Part shown: in pieces, positions 8,910-16,422 of the stretch
Layout of the letters: every line of letters starts with the position of its first letter
Numbering within the stretch: the stretch's first letter is position 1
Source: Eubacteriales bacterium
GTDB lineage: Bacteria > Bacillota > Clostridia > Oscillospirales > CAG-272
DNA length: 64,000 nt
Reading direction: 5' to 3'
NCBI GenBank assembly: GCA_045128515.1
Contig: JBGVRO010000010.1
Span: 4,489 to 68,488 of the forward strand
The notes under the pieces: model-generated
Seen by the model: the letters and a program-made list of their open reading frames with translations, nothing else
Told to the model about the DNA's origin: nothing
Database searches by the model: none
Translations under genes and position numbers: made by a program

Positions 8910-10178
8910 TTATTTTTTTAATTCCTCAAATCTTTTTTTCATTGTGGGATTGCCTTTTGTTAACTGCTTGATTGTCAAATTTTGTGCCTTGTTATTCGCA
9001 AGTCGTAGATTGTTTTCGGAGGAGACTAGTGCTGCCTTTGTTTTCAGCAGGTGTGTAATGGTTTTGTCTATCTCCTCGATTGCCTCTTCGAATTTTTCGC
9101 TCGCTATTCTATAATTTCGTGCGAACTTATCCTTAAAGTCGTTCATATCCTCCTCAAAGTGAGAAATGTCGATATTCTGGCTTCTGACAACCGCTAACTC
9201 CTGTCTGTACTGAAGAGAATTTAGGGCGGCATTTCTTAGAAGTGTGATAATGGGAATAAAGAACTGAGGACGAATAACGTACATTTTTGGATATTTGTAG
9301 GAAACGTCCACAATTCCACTGTTGTAAAGCTCGTTATCCGACTCAAGCATAGAAACGAGAACGGCATATTCGCAGCCCTTTTCATTTCTGTCCTTGTCAA
9401 GCTCCTTGAAGAAGTCCTCATTTTTCTTCTTTGTGGCAGTTGCGTCAGCCTCGTTCTTCATCTCGAACATTATTGAAATAAACTCTGTGCCGTCTTCACC
9501 AAAGTCTTTAAAGATAAAGTCACCCTTGCTACCCGTTCTTGCATCGTTGTCCTTTTCAAAATATGCGCTCTGGAAGCCGGTGGCTCTCAGTCTGTTAAAT
9601 TCAATCTGGCAGTGCTGCTCCAGGGTTTCACCAAGCAATTTAGTAGACATTTTGGTCTTAAGATCTCTATAATACTCGATCTGCTCGTCCTTATCCTTAA
9701 GCTTTCTGTTATAGTCCTCAATCAGAGTCTGCTCCTTAAGTATGTAGCCCTGCTTTTCCTTTTCGAGCATTGCTGAAAGCTCTACGATCATCATTTCCTT
9801 TTCGGAAACGGCATCCTTTACCGACAACTCCTTATCCTTATCGCGAAGGGCGAGTTGATGCTTAAGGCTCTCAATCTCCTCATCTTTTTTCCTGAGTTTT
9901 TCTCTGTAATCACTCTCGGATTTGATAACTGCAATGTCGATATCCTTATCTTTCGATTCCTTCATAGACTCGATATCACGCCTAAGTTCTCTGATTTCCT
10001 GATCCTTTTTAAGCATTTCCTTGATGTGCTTTTCGGTGATTCTGCTTGTTTCAAGCTCTACCTTGATTTGAGTTTCTATTTCAAACTCCTTGTTTTTCAC
10101 CTGCTTTAATATCTCTGCGTATCCGCTTTCAGATACTTGAAAAACCTCACCACAGTTTGGGCATTTAATTTCATTCAT
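8910..10178 (-). CDS. DUF2130-family protein: N-terminal zinc ribbon, long coiled coil and a C-terminal PD-(D/E)xK-like (RmuC-like) domain
   Basis: [13 protein letters not shown] (a CxxC ribbon half), a ~170-aa K/E-rich heptad region, then [11 protein letters not shown]...[10 protein letters not shown] (D...E.K pattern). Confidence 0.75.
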   Translation of the reverse strand: MNEIKCPNCGEVFQVSESGYAEILKQVKNKEFEIETQIKVELETSRITEKHIKEMLKKDQEIRELRRDIESMKESKDKDIDIAVIKSESDYREKLRKKDEEIESLKHQLALRDKDKELSVKDAVSEKEMMIVELSAMLEKEKQGYILKEQTLIEDYNRKLKDKDEQIEYYRDLKTKMSTKLLGETLEQHCQIEFNRLRATGFQSAYFEKDNDARTGSKGDFIFKDFGEDGTEFISIMFEMKNEADATATKKKNEDFFKELDKDRNEKGCEYAVLVSMLESDNELYNSGIVDVSYKYPKMYVIRPQFFIPIITLLRNAALNSLQYRQELAVVRSQNIDISHFEEDMNDFKDKFARNYRIASEKFEEAIEEIDKTITHLLKTKAALVSSENNLRLANNKAQNLTIKQLTKGNPTMKKRFEELKK

Positions 10179-10179
10179 A

Positions 10180-11295
10180 TTAGTTATCCTCCTTAATTAA
10201 TTTTCCGTAATCTACGAATATTCTTGCTATATCTTTACCCATAAGGTAGAAAATTGCTTCATAGGCAGCCCATTTTTTTGCCTCGGTTTTCGATTCGCAT
10301 ACATATTCTCCTGAGGTCTCGTAAATCCTGTCAATTGTGCAGGAGCACGTCCATTGAGGATTGCCTGACTGAGATTTTTTGCCTTCAGAAAAACGGTATT
10401 CAGGTTTTGGAATAATTCCTTTTTGCCACAACTCTTGGAGCTGATTTATTGCACGCTCGGGATCAATATTGCCTATAGCGTTCTTTATTTTTTCTGCCAT
10501 ATTGTTTGTTTTTCCGATAAACGCCATAGCTCTCTTCGCCGCCATTCTTCGTGCACCGGGTAAAGTTTTGCCGTAGCCGTACGCAAGATAGCTTAACATC
10601 TCGTATCCCAAGTCAATACACACGCCGTAATCAAGCTTTTCAAAATCTGTTGGTATTGACTCCACCTGCATAATCTTGCCGTGAGAGTCAAACCATTGCT
10701 TAAGCTCCTTTTCGTAGTCAGGCTCTGAGGGTAATCCCTCCTCAAGCACCCTGTCAACGTCAAGTAATCGAAGAATGATTTCCTCGAGGATGTTCATATT
10801 CCAGTTGCTGTCAATGGCAACTGCGCCAATAATTGCCTCAAAAAGGTCCTCCTTGACCGAGGCCTCGTTTTGTACGCCCCCTTCAATGTCACTTTTTCCC
10901 ATAATTAAGTAATCGTGGAATCCACATTTTTCGGTGGCTGCGGCAAGGGAAGAACGCTGTACCAGCGCTATTTTCAGTTCGCTAAGCTCTGATTCGTCAA
11001 GTTCACTTCTGAATTGATTTCTTTCAACGTATTTTTGACAATTTTGATCTGCTACTTTGAGATATGCCTCGATGATTTCGGGACTGATTTCTTTGCGCTT
11101 GTAGTATCCTGAGATGTGTTTTACAATTATCATACCAAGCGCACTGTCGCCGATAAATTCAAGCACCTCGTTGTTTTCGCCACCGTTTTCAGCGGTGTAG
11201 GAGCGTCTTGTAAACGCCTGCTCAAGGAGAGTTTTGTTGTTGAATTCGTATCCGAGCGTTTTTTCTACCTCGGAAAAGTTAGTTGCTTTTGTCAT
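10180..11295 (-). CDS. Atypical ribonuclease III-domain protein with two dsRBD-like modules
   Basis: RNase III signature [13 protein letters not shown] and [13 protein letters not shown]. Two C-terminal dsRBD-like segments follow (..[22 protein letters not shown] and ..[18 protein letters not shown]). The start was set at the ATG at 11295 behind aaggaggtgc. The stop lies 1 nt from the DUF2130 start. Confidence 0.78.
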   Translation of the reverse strand: MTKATNFSEVEKTLGYEFNNKTLLEQAFTRRSYTAENGGENNEVLEFIGDSALGMIIVKHISGYYKRKEISPEIIEAYLKVADQNCQKYVERNQFRSELDESELSELKIALVQRSSLAAATEKCGFHDYLIMGKSDIEGGVQNEASVKEDLFEAIIGAVAIDSNWNMNILEEIILRLLDVDRVLEEGLPSEPDYEKELKQWFDSHGKIMQVESIPTDFEKLDYGVCIDLGYEMLSYLAYGYGKTLPGARRMAAKRAMAFIGKTNNMAEKIKNAIGNIDPERAINQLQELWQKGIIPKPEYRFSEGKKSQSGNPQWTCSCTIDRIYETSGEYVCESKTEAKKWAAYEAIFYLMGKDIARIFVDYGKLIKEDN

Positions 11296-11664
11296 AAAAA
11301 AAGCACCTCCTTGTAAATTTAAATTTACAGAAAGGCGCAAAAATAGACCCATTAATGGCACTTCACCCAATACGGGCTTATCAGTGCATCAATCGGTCTG
11401 ACGAAAAAAAACTATTCAAGATAATTCCGTCGCATTTATTGATTTCCCCGATGCGCTGTCGGTGAGAGCAATAAATCCAATAGTATTATTTTGACCAGTT
11501 TTCAAGGTCACGCCTTATCTGCTATTTTATGGTAGCACATTTTTTCGCGTTTGTCAATAGGATTTTAAAAAATCTTCAAGAAAAAATTTCGACTCTAATT
11601 GATTATAAAACGCTAGAAAGACTCGCATTTCTGCTGGTCTTTTTTTATTGTATGGTTTATATTC

Positions 11665-11693
11665 TTGACATTATTTTCCTTATGTGATAATAT
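11665..11693 (+). promoter_or_regulatory. Sigma-A type promoter
   Basis: TTGACA, 17 nt, TAATAT, upstream of the TVP38-family gene. Confidence 0.5.
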
Positions 11694-11724
11694 TGAATTA
11701 GATCAATACAAAGGTGAATTTGTT

Positions 11725-12444
11725 ATGAATAAGAAAATGAACGTTAAGGAGCTGATCAAAAGCTCGATACCCATATTGCTGTTTATTCTACTTATGGTGA
11801 TTCTTACGGTCGCGTTTTTGCCATACATACAGACACTTGCAACCGATGAGGGTAGGGAGCAATTTAAAACGTGGATCGACGGGCTTGGCTTTGGCGGTTG
11901 GCTTGTCACCCTTGGAATACAGCTTTTGCAAATATTCGTTGCCTTTATTCCCGGTGAACCGGTTGAGATTATGCTCGGATTCGTATGGGGCAAGTGGCTT
12001 GGCACTTTGACCTGCCTGCTTGGAATTTTTATAGGCACGGCAAGTATATATTTATTCGCTCGCAAGCTTGGAATAAAGTTCGTAAGACGGGTGGTTGGCA
12101 GTGACGATTTGGCAAAATATAAGTTTTTGTCGGACAAAAACAAGGTTGAGCTGACGGTATTTATCCTGTTCTTCATTCCCGGAACGCCGAAGGACGCCTT
12201 GACATACATAGCTCCCTTTGCGCCCATCCATCCGGTTAAGTATCTGCTGATAGCCACCTTTGCCCGAATTCCGTCGGTAATTACCTCTACAATTTTAGGC
12301 GATAGCGTTGCCGAGGGTGACTATATTACCTGTGTAATCGTCTTTGTTATAACCGCGCTTATATCGGTTTTGGGCATAATTTTCGGCAATAAATATATTG
12401 AGAAACGTCAAGGGAAATCGCGGGAAAAGGCGGATAATGTCTAA
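11725..12444 (+). CDS. TVP38/TMEM64 (DedA/SNARE-associated) family membrane protein
   Basis: Multi-TM protein with the family-typical F.PGEP......G...G and FIPGTPKD motifs. The start was chosen at the ATG at 11725 behind aaaggtgaa. Confidence 0.72.
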   Translation: MNKKMNVKELIKSSIPILLFILLMVILTVAFLPYIQTLATDEGREQFKTWIDGLGFGGWLVTLGIQLLQIFVAFIPGEPVEIMLGFVWGKWLGTLTCLLGIFIGTASIYLFARKLGIKFVRRVVGSDDLAKYKFLSDKNKVELTVFILFFIPGTPKDALTYIAPFAPIHPVKYLLIATFARIPSVITSTILGDSVAEGDYITCVIVFVITALISVLGIIFGNKYIEKRQGKSREKADNV

Positions 12445-12531
12445 AATGTAAACAAATGCTTTGAAAATTGTGCAACTTATACTATTCTGTTTTTCAAAAT
12501 TGTGCAGGTATACAAATCGTATGTTAATCTA

Positions 12532-12560
12532 TTGACAAGTTTAACAAAATATGCTAAACT
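12532..12560 (+). promoter_or_regulatory. Sigma-A type promoter of the flotillin leader
   Basis: TTGACA, 17 nt, TAAACT, with a TGc extended -10. Confidence 0.6.
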
Positions 12561-12566
12561 ATATAT

Positions 12567-12700
12567 ACCGAAAGGGAGTAGAACGTTGCCGTTTGGCAAT
12601 GAGTGTACATCGTCAGAACGGCAGCTCGAGATGCCCGATGTGCGCGATCAAAAGGATTTTTCAAGACTTTCAGTGTGTTCGCCACGCTGGAAGTCTTTTT
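12567..12700 (+). promoter_or_regulatory. Structured 5' leader or small RNA ending in an intrinsic terminator. It may be yybP-ykoY (Mn2+)-like.
   Basis: GAAAG-GGAGUAG near the 5' end and CAAGA-CUUUC near the 3' end. An internal stem pairs GUUGCCGUU with AACGGCAGC. The 15-bp terminator AAGACUUUCAGUGUG...CACGCUGGAAGUCUU plus UUUUU ends 66 nt before the flotillin ATG. Confidence 0.45.
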
Positions 12701-12766
12701 GCATAAAATCCCTCTTTCTTTCGTAAAATATGTATTAATTAAATAAAAATACAAGGAGGATATACT

Positions 12767-14167
12767 ATGCATCCCGTAGTATCAGTATTATTGTTTGTTT
12801 TGGCAGCCGGTGTATTTCTTTTAGTAGCCGGCTATCTGAAGGCGCCCCCCGACACCGCCTATATTATTTCGGGTCTGGGTAAAAAGCGCATACTTATCGG
12901 TAAGGCCGGCTGGAGAATGCCTTTCTTCACCCGTCTTGATAAGCTTTCGCTTGGCGTTATGCAGGTTGACGTAAAGACCAGTGAGGCAGTTCCCACCAAC
13001 GAGTTCATTAACGTAACCGTTGACGGTGTTGCTAACATCAAGATCTCTTCCGATCCCGAGCTTCTTAAGCGCGCGGCTGAGGCGCTTCTCGGCAAGACCA
13101 GAGGCGAGATGGTTACCCTTGTAACTCAGGTTCTTGAGGGTAATATGCGTGAGATTGTAGGTTCTGTTGGTCTTAAGGAAATGGTTCAGGACCGTCAGGG
13201 TGTTGCTAAGAAGATTACCGAGAACGTTGTTCCCGATATGGAAAAGCTTGGTATCGAGGTTGTAAACTTCAATATCCAGAACTTCAAGGACGGCGCAGGA
13301 ACTATCGAGAACATGGGTATTGATAACGTTGAGCAGATCAGAAAGAATGCTCAGATCGCAAAGGCAAATGCACAGCGTGATATTGCTATCGCTACCTCTC
13401 AGGCTCAGCAGGAGGCTAATGCCGTTAAGGTTGAGGCAGAGAAGATGATTGCCGAGCAGGACGCAGCTCTTGCAGTTCAGCAGGCAGAGATGAAGGTGCG
13501 CGCAGATACAAAGCGTGCAGAGGCAGACGCAGCCTACTCCATTCAGCAGGAGGAACAGCGTAAGACCATCGAGATTGCAAGAACCAATGCCGACATCGCT
13601 CGCCGTGAGAAAGAGGCAGAGCTTAAGGAGAAGGAAATTGCAATTAAGGAGCGCGAGCTTGATGCGGAGATCAAGAAGCAGGCAGACGCGCTTAAGTATC
13701 AGTCCGAAAGACGCGCAGAGGCAGAGCTTATTAAGCGCCAGCGCGAGGCAGATGCACGTGCATACGAGGCTATCAAGGAGGCTGAGGCTAAGAAGGCTGA
13801 GGCAGATGCTATCCGTTATGCAATGGAGCAGGAGGCTGAGGGTATCCGCGCTAAGGGTGTAGCCGAGGCAGAGGCTATTGAGAAGAAGGCAGAGGCACAG
13901 AAGAAGATGGGTGAGGCATCCGTCCTTGAAATGTACCTTACCGCACTTCCCGAGGTTGTTAAGAATGCTGCAGCTCCTCTCGCACAGACCGACAAGATCG
14001 TTATGTACGGCGACGGCAATTCTACCAAGCTCGTAGGCGACGTTATGACTTCTACCAGCCAGATCATGGAGGGTATGAAGGAGTCCACCGGTATTGATCT
14101 CGGTGCTCTCCTTGCAGGCTTCGTAGGCGGTAAGGCTGCTTCCTCGGGCGATAGACCTGTGGAATAA
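12767..14167 (+). CDS. Flotillin-family (SPFH/band-7) membrane-scaffold protein
   Basis: N-terminal TM, an SPFH core, then a long A/E/K/R-rich coiled region (..AEADAAYSIQQEEQRKTIEIA..) typical of FloT/YuaG-like proteins. Confidence 0.87.
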   Translation: MHPVVSVLLFVLAAGVFLLVAGYLKAPPDTAYIISGLGKKRILIGKAGWRMPFFTRLDKLSLGVMQVDVKTSEAVPTNEFINVTVDGVANIKISSDPELLKRAAEALLGKTRGEMVTLVTQVLEGNMREIVGSVGLKEMVQDRQGVAKKITENVVPDMEKLGIEVVNFNIQNFKDGAGTIENMGIDNVEQIRKNAQIAKANAQRDIAIATSQAQQEANAVKVEAEKMIAEQDAALAVQQAEMKVRADTKRAEADAAYSIQQEEQRKTIEIARTNADIARREKEAELKEKEIAIKERELDAEIKKQADALKYQSERRAEAELIKRQREADARAYEAIKEAEAKKAEADAIRYAMEQEAEGIRAKGVAEAEAIEKKAEAQKKMGEASVLEMYLTALPEVVKNAAAPLAQTDKIVMYGDGNSTKLVGDVMTSTSQIMEGMKESTGIDLGALLAGFVGGKAASSGDRPVE

Positions 14168-14233
14168 AGCTTTATTCGGTATTTAATATCTAATAATTTA
14201 TCTGTTGATTTTTCGATTAAGGAGGCTAAACTT

Positions 14234-15046
14234 ATGATGCGATTTTTCAGATCTATACTTTCAATCTGTCTTGTTATCTGCTTGATTATCGGCTTCCTGT
14301 TCTTATGGTTTGCCACATATAATTGCAATCCATGTGGAAAAGAATGGTATAACAATACCGCTCGTCCGAGCATTGCCTATCCGTTCCGCGAGCAATACGA
14401 TGGATCTTATTCCATAACGATAGATCGTGACGGAAACGTTTTGGTGATAATTGACGGCGAGGAGATTAAGGGTAAGGTTTCTATCGAAAAGGAGAATAGA
14501 ATACTAAATTCTACAACGACTTTAACCTTTGAATTCGAAAATGGAAAAACAGCAGAGGGCTATTGCTATTGGGACAATGATGGACGATCTATGGGCATCA
14601 AATATGAGTCCCAATGGTATCATTTTAGTAATAAAAGCGGTATGACCAAAGCAGAGGCTGATGAGTATAGAGCAGGGCTTATTTCATTTATGCGCGGTAT
14701 CTATGATGGCGAGGACTTCCCGACCAAGGATGAAATTTTAGATAGCAGCATACTTAAGGAATATACACACTTCAGTCAGATAGATCCCGGTCACGGCGGT
14801 CCTATAAGATATTACGTTCTTGAGAAGGCAACCGTTGAGAGCATTGATCTTGATGGTCACACCGTTACCTTGAACATTAACGGAGAAACCGAACAGTGCA
14901 AATTCGATGATAATCACTTTTATGTTGCTTGTATAGGTGACGGTGATTTCAGTAAGTTGACTGTTGATGATTCTCTCGTTGGCGAATGCCTTGTAGTCAG
15001 AGAATATTCTACGATACGCGACATTTACTTTTTTGACAATGAGTGA
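14234..15046 (+). CDS. Hypothetical membrane-anchored protein
   Basis: RBS aaggagg 7 nt upstream and an N-terminal TM (ILSICLVICLIIGFLFLWF). I recognise no motif. Confidence 0.55.
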   Translation: MMRFFRSILSICLVICLIIGFLFLWFATYNCNPCGKEWYNNTARPSIAYPFREQYDGSYSITIDRDGNVLVIIDGEEIKGKVSIEKENRILNSTTTLTFEFENGKTAEGYCYWDNDGRSMGIKYESQWYHFSNKSGMTKAEADEYRAGLISFMRGIYDGEDFPTKDEILDSSILKEYTHFSQIDPGHGGPIRYYVLEKATVESIDLDGHTVTLNINGETEQCKFDDNHFYVACIGDGDFSKLTVDDSLVGECLVVREYSTIRDIYFFDNE

Positions 15047-15052
15047 TTAAAT

Positions 15053-15093
15053 AAAAAGCGAAGATTCCACAAAAAGGAATCTTCGCTTTTTTG
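15053..15093. terminator. Bidirectional intrinsic terminator
   Basis: aaaaagcgaagattcc-acaaaaa-ggaatcttcgctttttt. Confidence 0.7.
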
Positions 15094-15138
15094 TTTGTTT
15101 TGGGTGAATGAATTAGATCTTTTTGTGGCTTGAACTGA

Positions 15139-15702
15139 TTACTTTTTCTTTACAGGCAACCAGATCTCGCCGTGCTCCATTGAGAGGTATACCTCGAGAT
15201 TGCAGTTAGCCGAAAGCTCGTATTCCTTAGAGTTCGGCAGCCATTCGCTCCATATCCATGTGTTAACTGTTTGCAATGCCTCGGGGCATTCGCCACTCCA
15301 AGGGAAAACTGCCCATGTTGCCGCATCAATAGTTTTTGTAACACAGCCGTCGGGAATATCCTTCCAAGGAAGGTACATATCGGCAATAAGATATTCAAAA
15401 CTTTCGCCGTCACCGTCAAGGCATACGCCAAACATACCTTCAATAATTTTGCCTCTGCCGTTTTCAAAGTGCTCGTCCCAGAAATTGGGAATCTCGGTAT
15501 AGGCAGTCTCGCCTGCAAATCGTTTGCCAAAGCCAACGACGGTAAATGCCGCCTTTTCAACAATTCTGTAATCCATAGTCTTTTCCTTACTTGATGTTTT
15601 ATTGATTTTTATAGGTGCAAATGTGCGAATATCCATTCCTCCCATTCTGTAGGCAGAGGGGGACGCACCGTGGAATTTGGTAAATGCCCTTGATTCGCTC
15701 AT
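15139..15702 (-). CDS. GyrI-like (AraC effector-binding) domain protein that keeps only the last helix of an AraC HTH
   Basis: The start was set at the ATG at 15702 behind gaggaggag. The N-terminus (F)TKFHGASPSAYR matches the end of AraC-type HTH domains. It is followed by MDYRIVEKAAFTVVGF...IPNFWDEHF, a GyrI-like fold signature. Confidence 0.68.
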   Translation of the reverse strand: MSESRAFTKFHGASPSAYRMGGMDIRTFAPIKINKTSSKEKTMDYRIVEKAAFTVVGFGKRFAGETAYTEIPNFWDEHFENGRGKIIEGMFGVCLDGDGESFEYLIADMYLPWKDIPDGCVTKTIDAATWAVFPWSGECPEALQTVNTWIWSEWLPNSKEYELSANCNLEVYLSMEHGEIWLPVKKK

Positions 15703-15815
15703 ATCACTCCTCCTCTCTAAGGCTATCTTATTATAGCATAGAAAAGTGATGCCGTCCCGACTTTTTGTGCTTTTATTGTAGCACACTTTGTATTCAAAAT
15801 CAACAAAAAATGTGA

Positions 15816-15850
15816 AATAATAAAGAAAATCCACCCAAATAGGTGGATTT
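15816..15850 (-). terminator. Intrinsic terminator of the enoate-reductase/AcnX operon
   Basis: On the minus strand: aaatccacc-tatttg-ggtggattt followed by tctttatt. Confidence 0.5.
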
Positions 15851-15857
15851 TCTGGTA

Positions 15858-15976
15858 TATGAATTGTCCTTCGGACATGAATTGAACCGTTGGTTCATGA
15901 ATTGCCTACGGCATGAATTGTGCGTTGCACATTAATTGACGGCAAAGCCGTCATGAATTGCACCTAGGGTGCATTA
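15858..15976 (-). repeat. Hairpin array A: six perfect variable hairpins joined by the constant linker CA-TGAAT-TG
   Basis: Plus strand: tatgaattg|tccttcgga|catgaattg|aaccgttggtt|catgaattg|cctacgg|catgaattg|tgcgttgca|cattaattg|acggcaaagccgt|catgaattg|cacctagggtg|cattatt. The array abuts the stop codon at 15977. Confidence 0.9.
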
Positions 15977-16420
15977 TTATTCTACAACAACTGTGCCATC
16001 TTCCAGAACGGTGATGGTCATGCCGTTCTGAACGTACTCAAGGAACTCGTCACCAAGGTTGTCGATAACGGGCATCTTGATGCCGTCAAGCCAAACGGAC
16101 GCGAGAATAGAGCCTGCTGCAGCAAGGCTGTCGATAGACTTTGAGAAGAGCATACATGCGGGCTGACGCTCCATAGCGCATGCACAGTAGAGTACAAGAC
16201 CGCCTGTGGTAGAGCCGATTGTCTGGGGGAGACAGAGAGCAGAGCCTGCAAGAGGAAGCTTGTAGATCTCGGGGTTAGACTGGTCGGAGCACTTTACCTG
16301 CTTGTCACCGAACTGAAGACCCATCTGCATAGATGCAAGGGTGTTAAATCCGCCGTGAGTAACTACTGCGGTAGCCTTTGCGGTACCGGGAGTGATAATT
16401 CTACCTTTAAACTGACGCAT
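15977..16420 (-). CDS. Aconitase X swivel-domain subunit (DUF126)
   Basis: A 147-aa protein with GRIITPG.A.A...THGGFN and CLPQTIGSTTG motifs, immediately downstream of the DUF521 subunit. Confidence 0.78.
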   Translation of the reverse strand: MRQFKGRIITPGTAKATAVVTHGGFNTLASMQMGLQFGDKQVKCSDQSNPEIYKLPLAGSALCLPQTIGSTTGGLVLYCACAMERQPACMLFSKSIDSLAAAGSILASVWLDGIKMPVIDNLGDEFLEYVQNGMTITVLEDGTVVVE

Positions 16421-16422
16421 TA

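Noticed and set aside
8714-8971. An 85-aa plus-strand ORF in the gap downstream of gap.
   Set aside because: It has no RBS. It runs straight through two perfect terminator hairpins and into the convergent DUF2130 gene. Its composition is implausible.
15858-15976. The possibility that the constant-9-mer/variable-segment arrays (also at 17738-17851 and 24635-24823) are miniature CRISPR arrays.
   Set aside because: The repeats are only 7-9 nt and the 'spacers' only 7-13 nt, and every one is self-complementary. There is no leader and there are no cas genes in the window. The variable parts pair with themselves rather than looking like captured foreign DNA.
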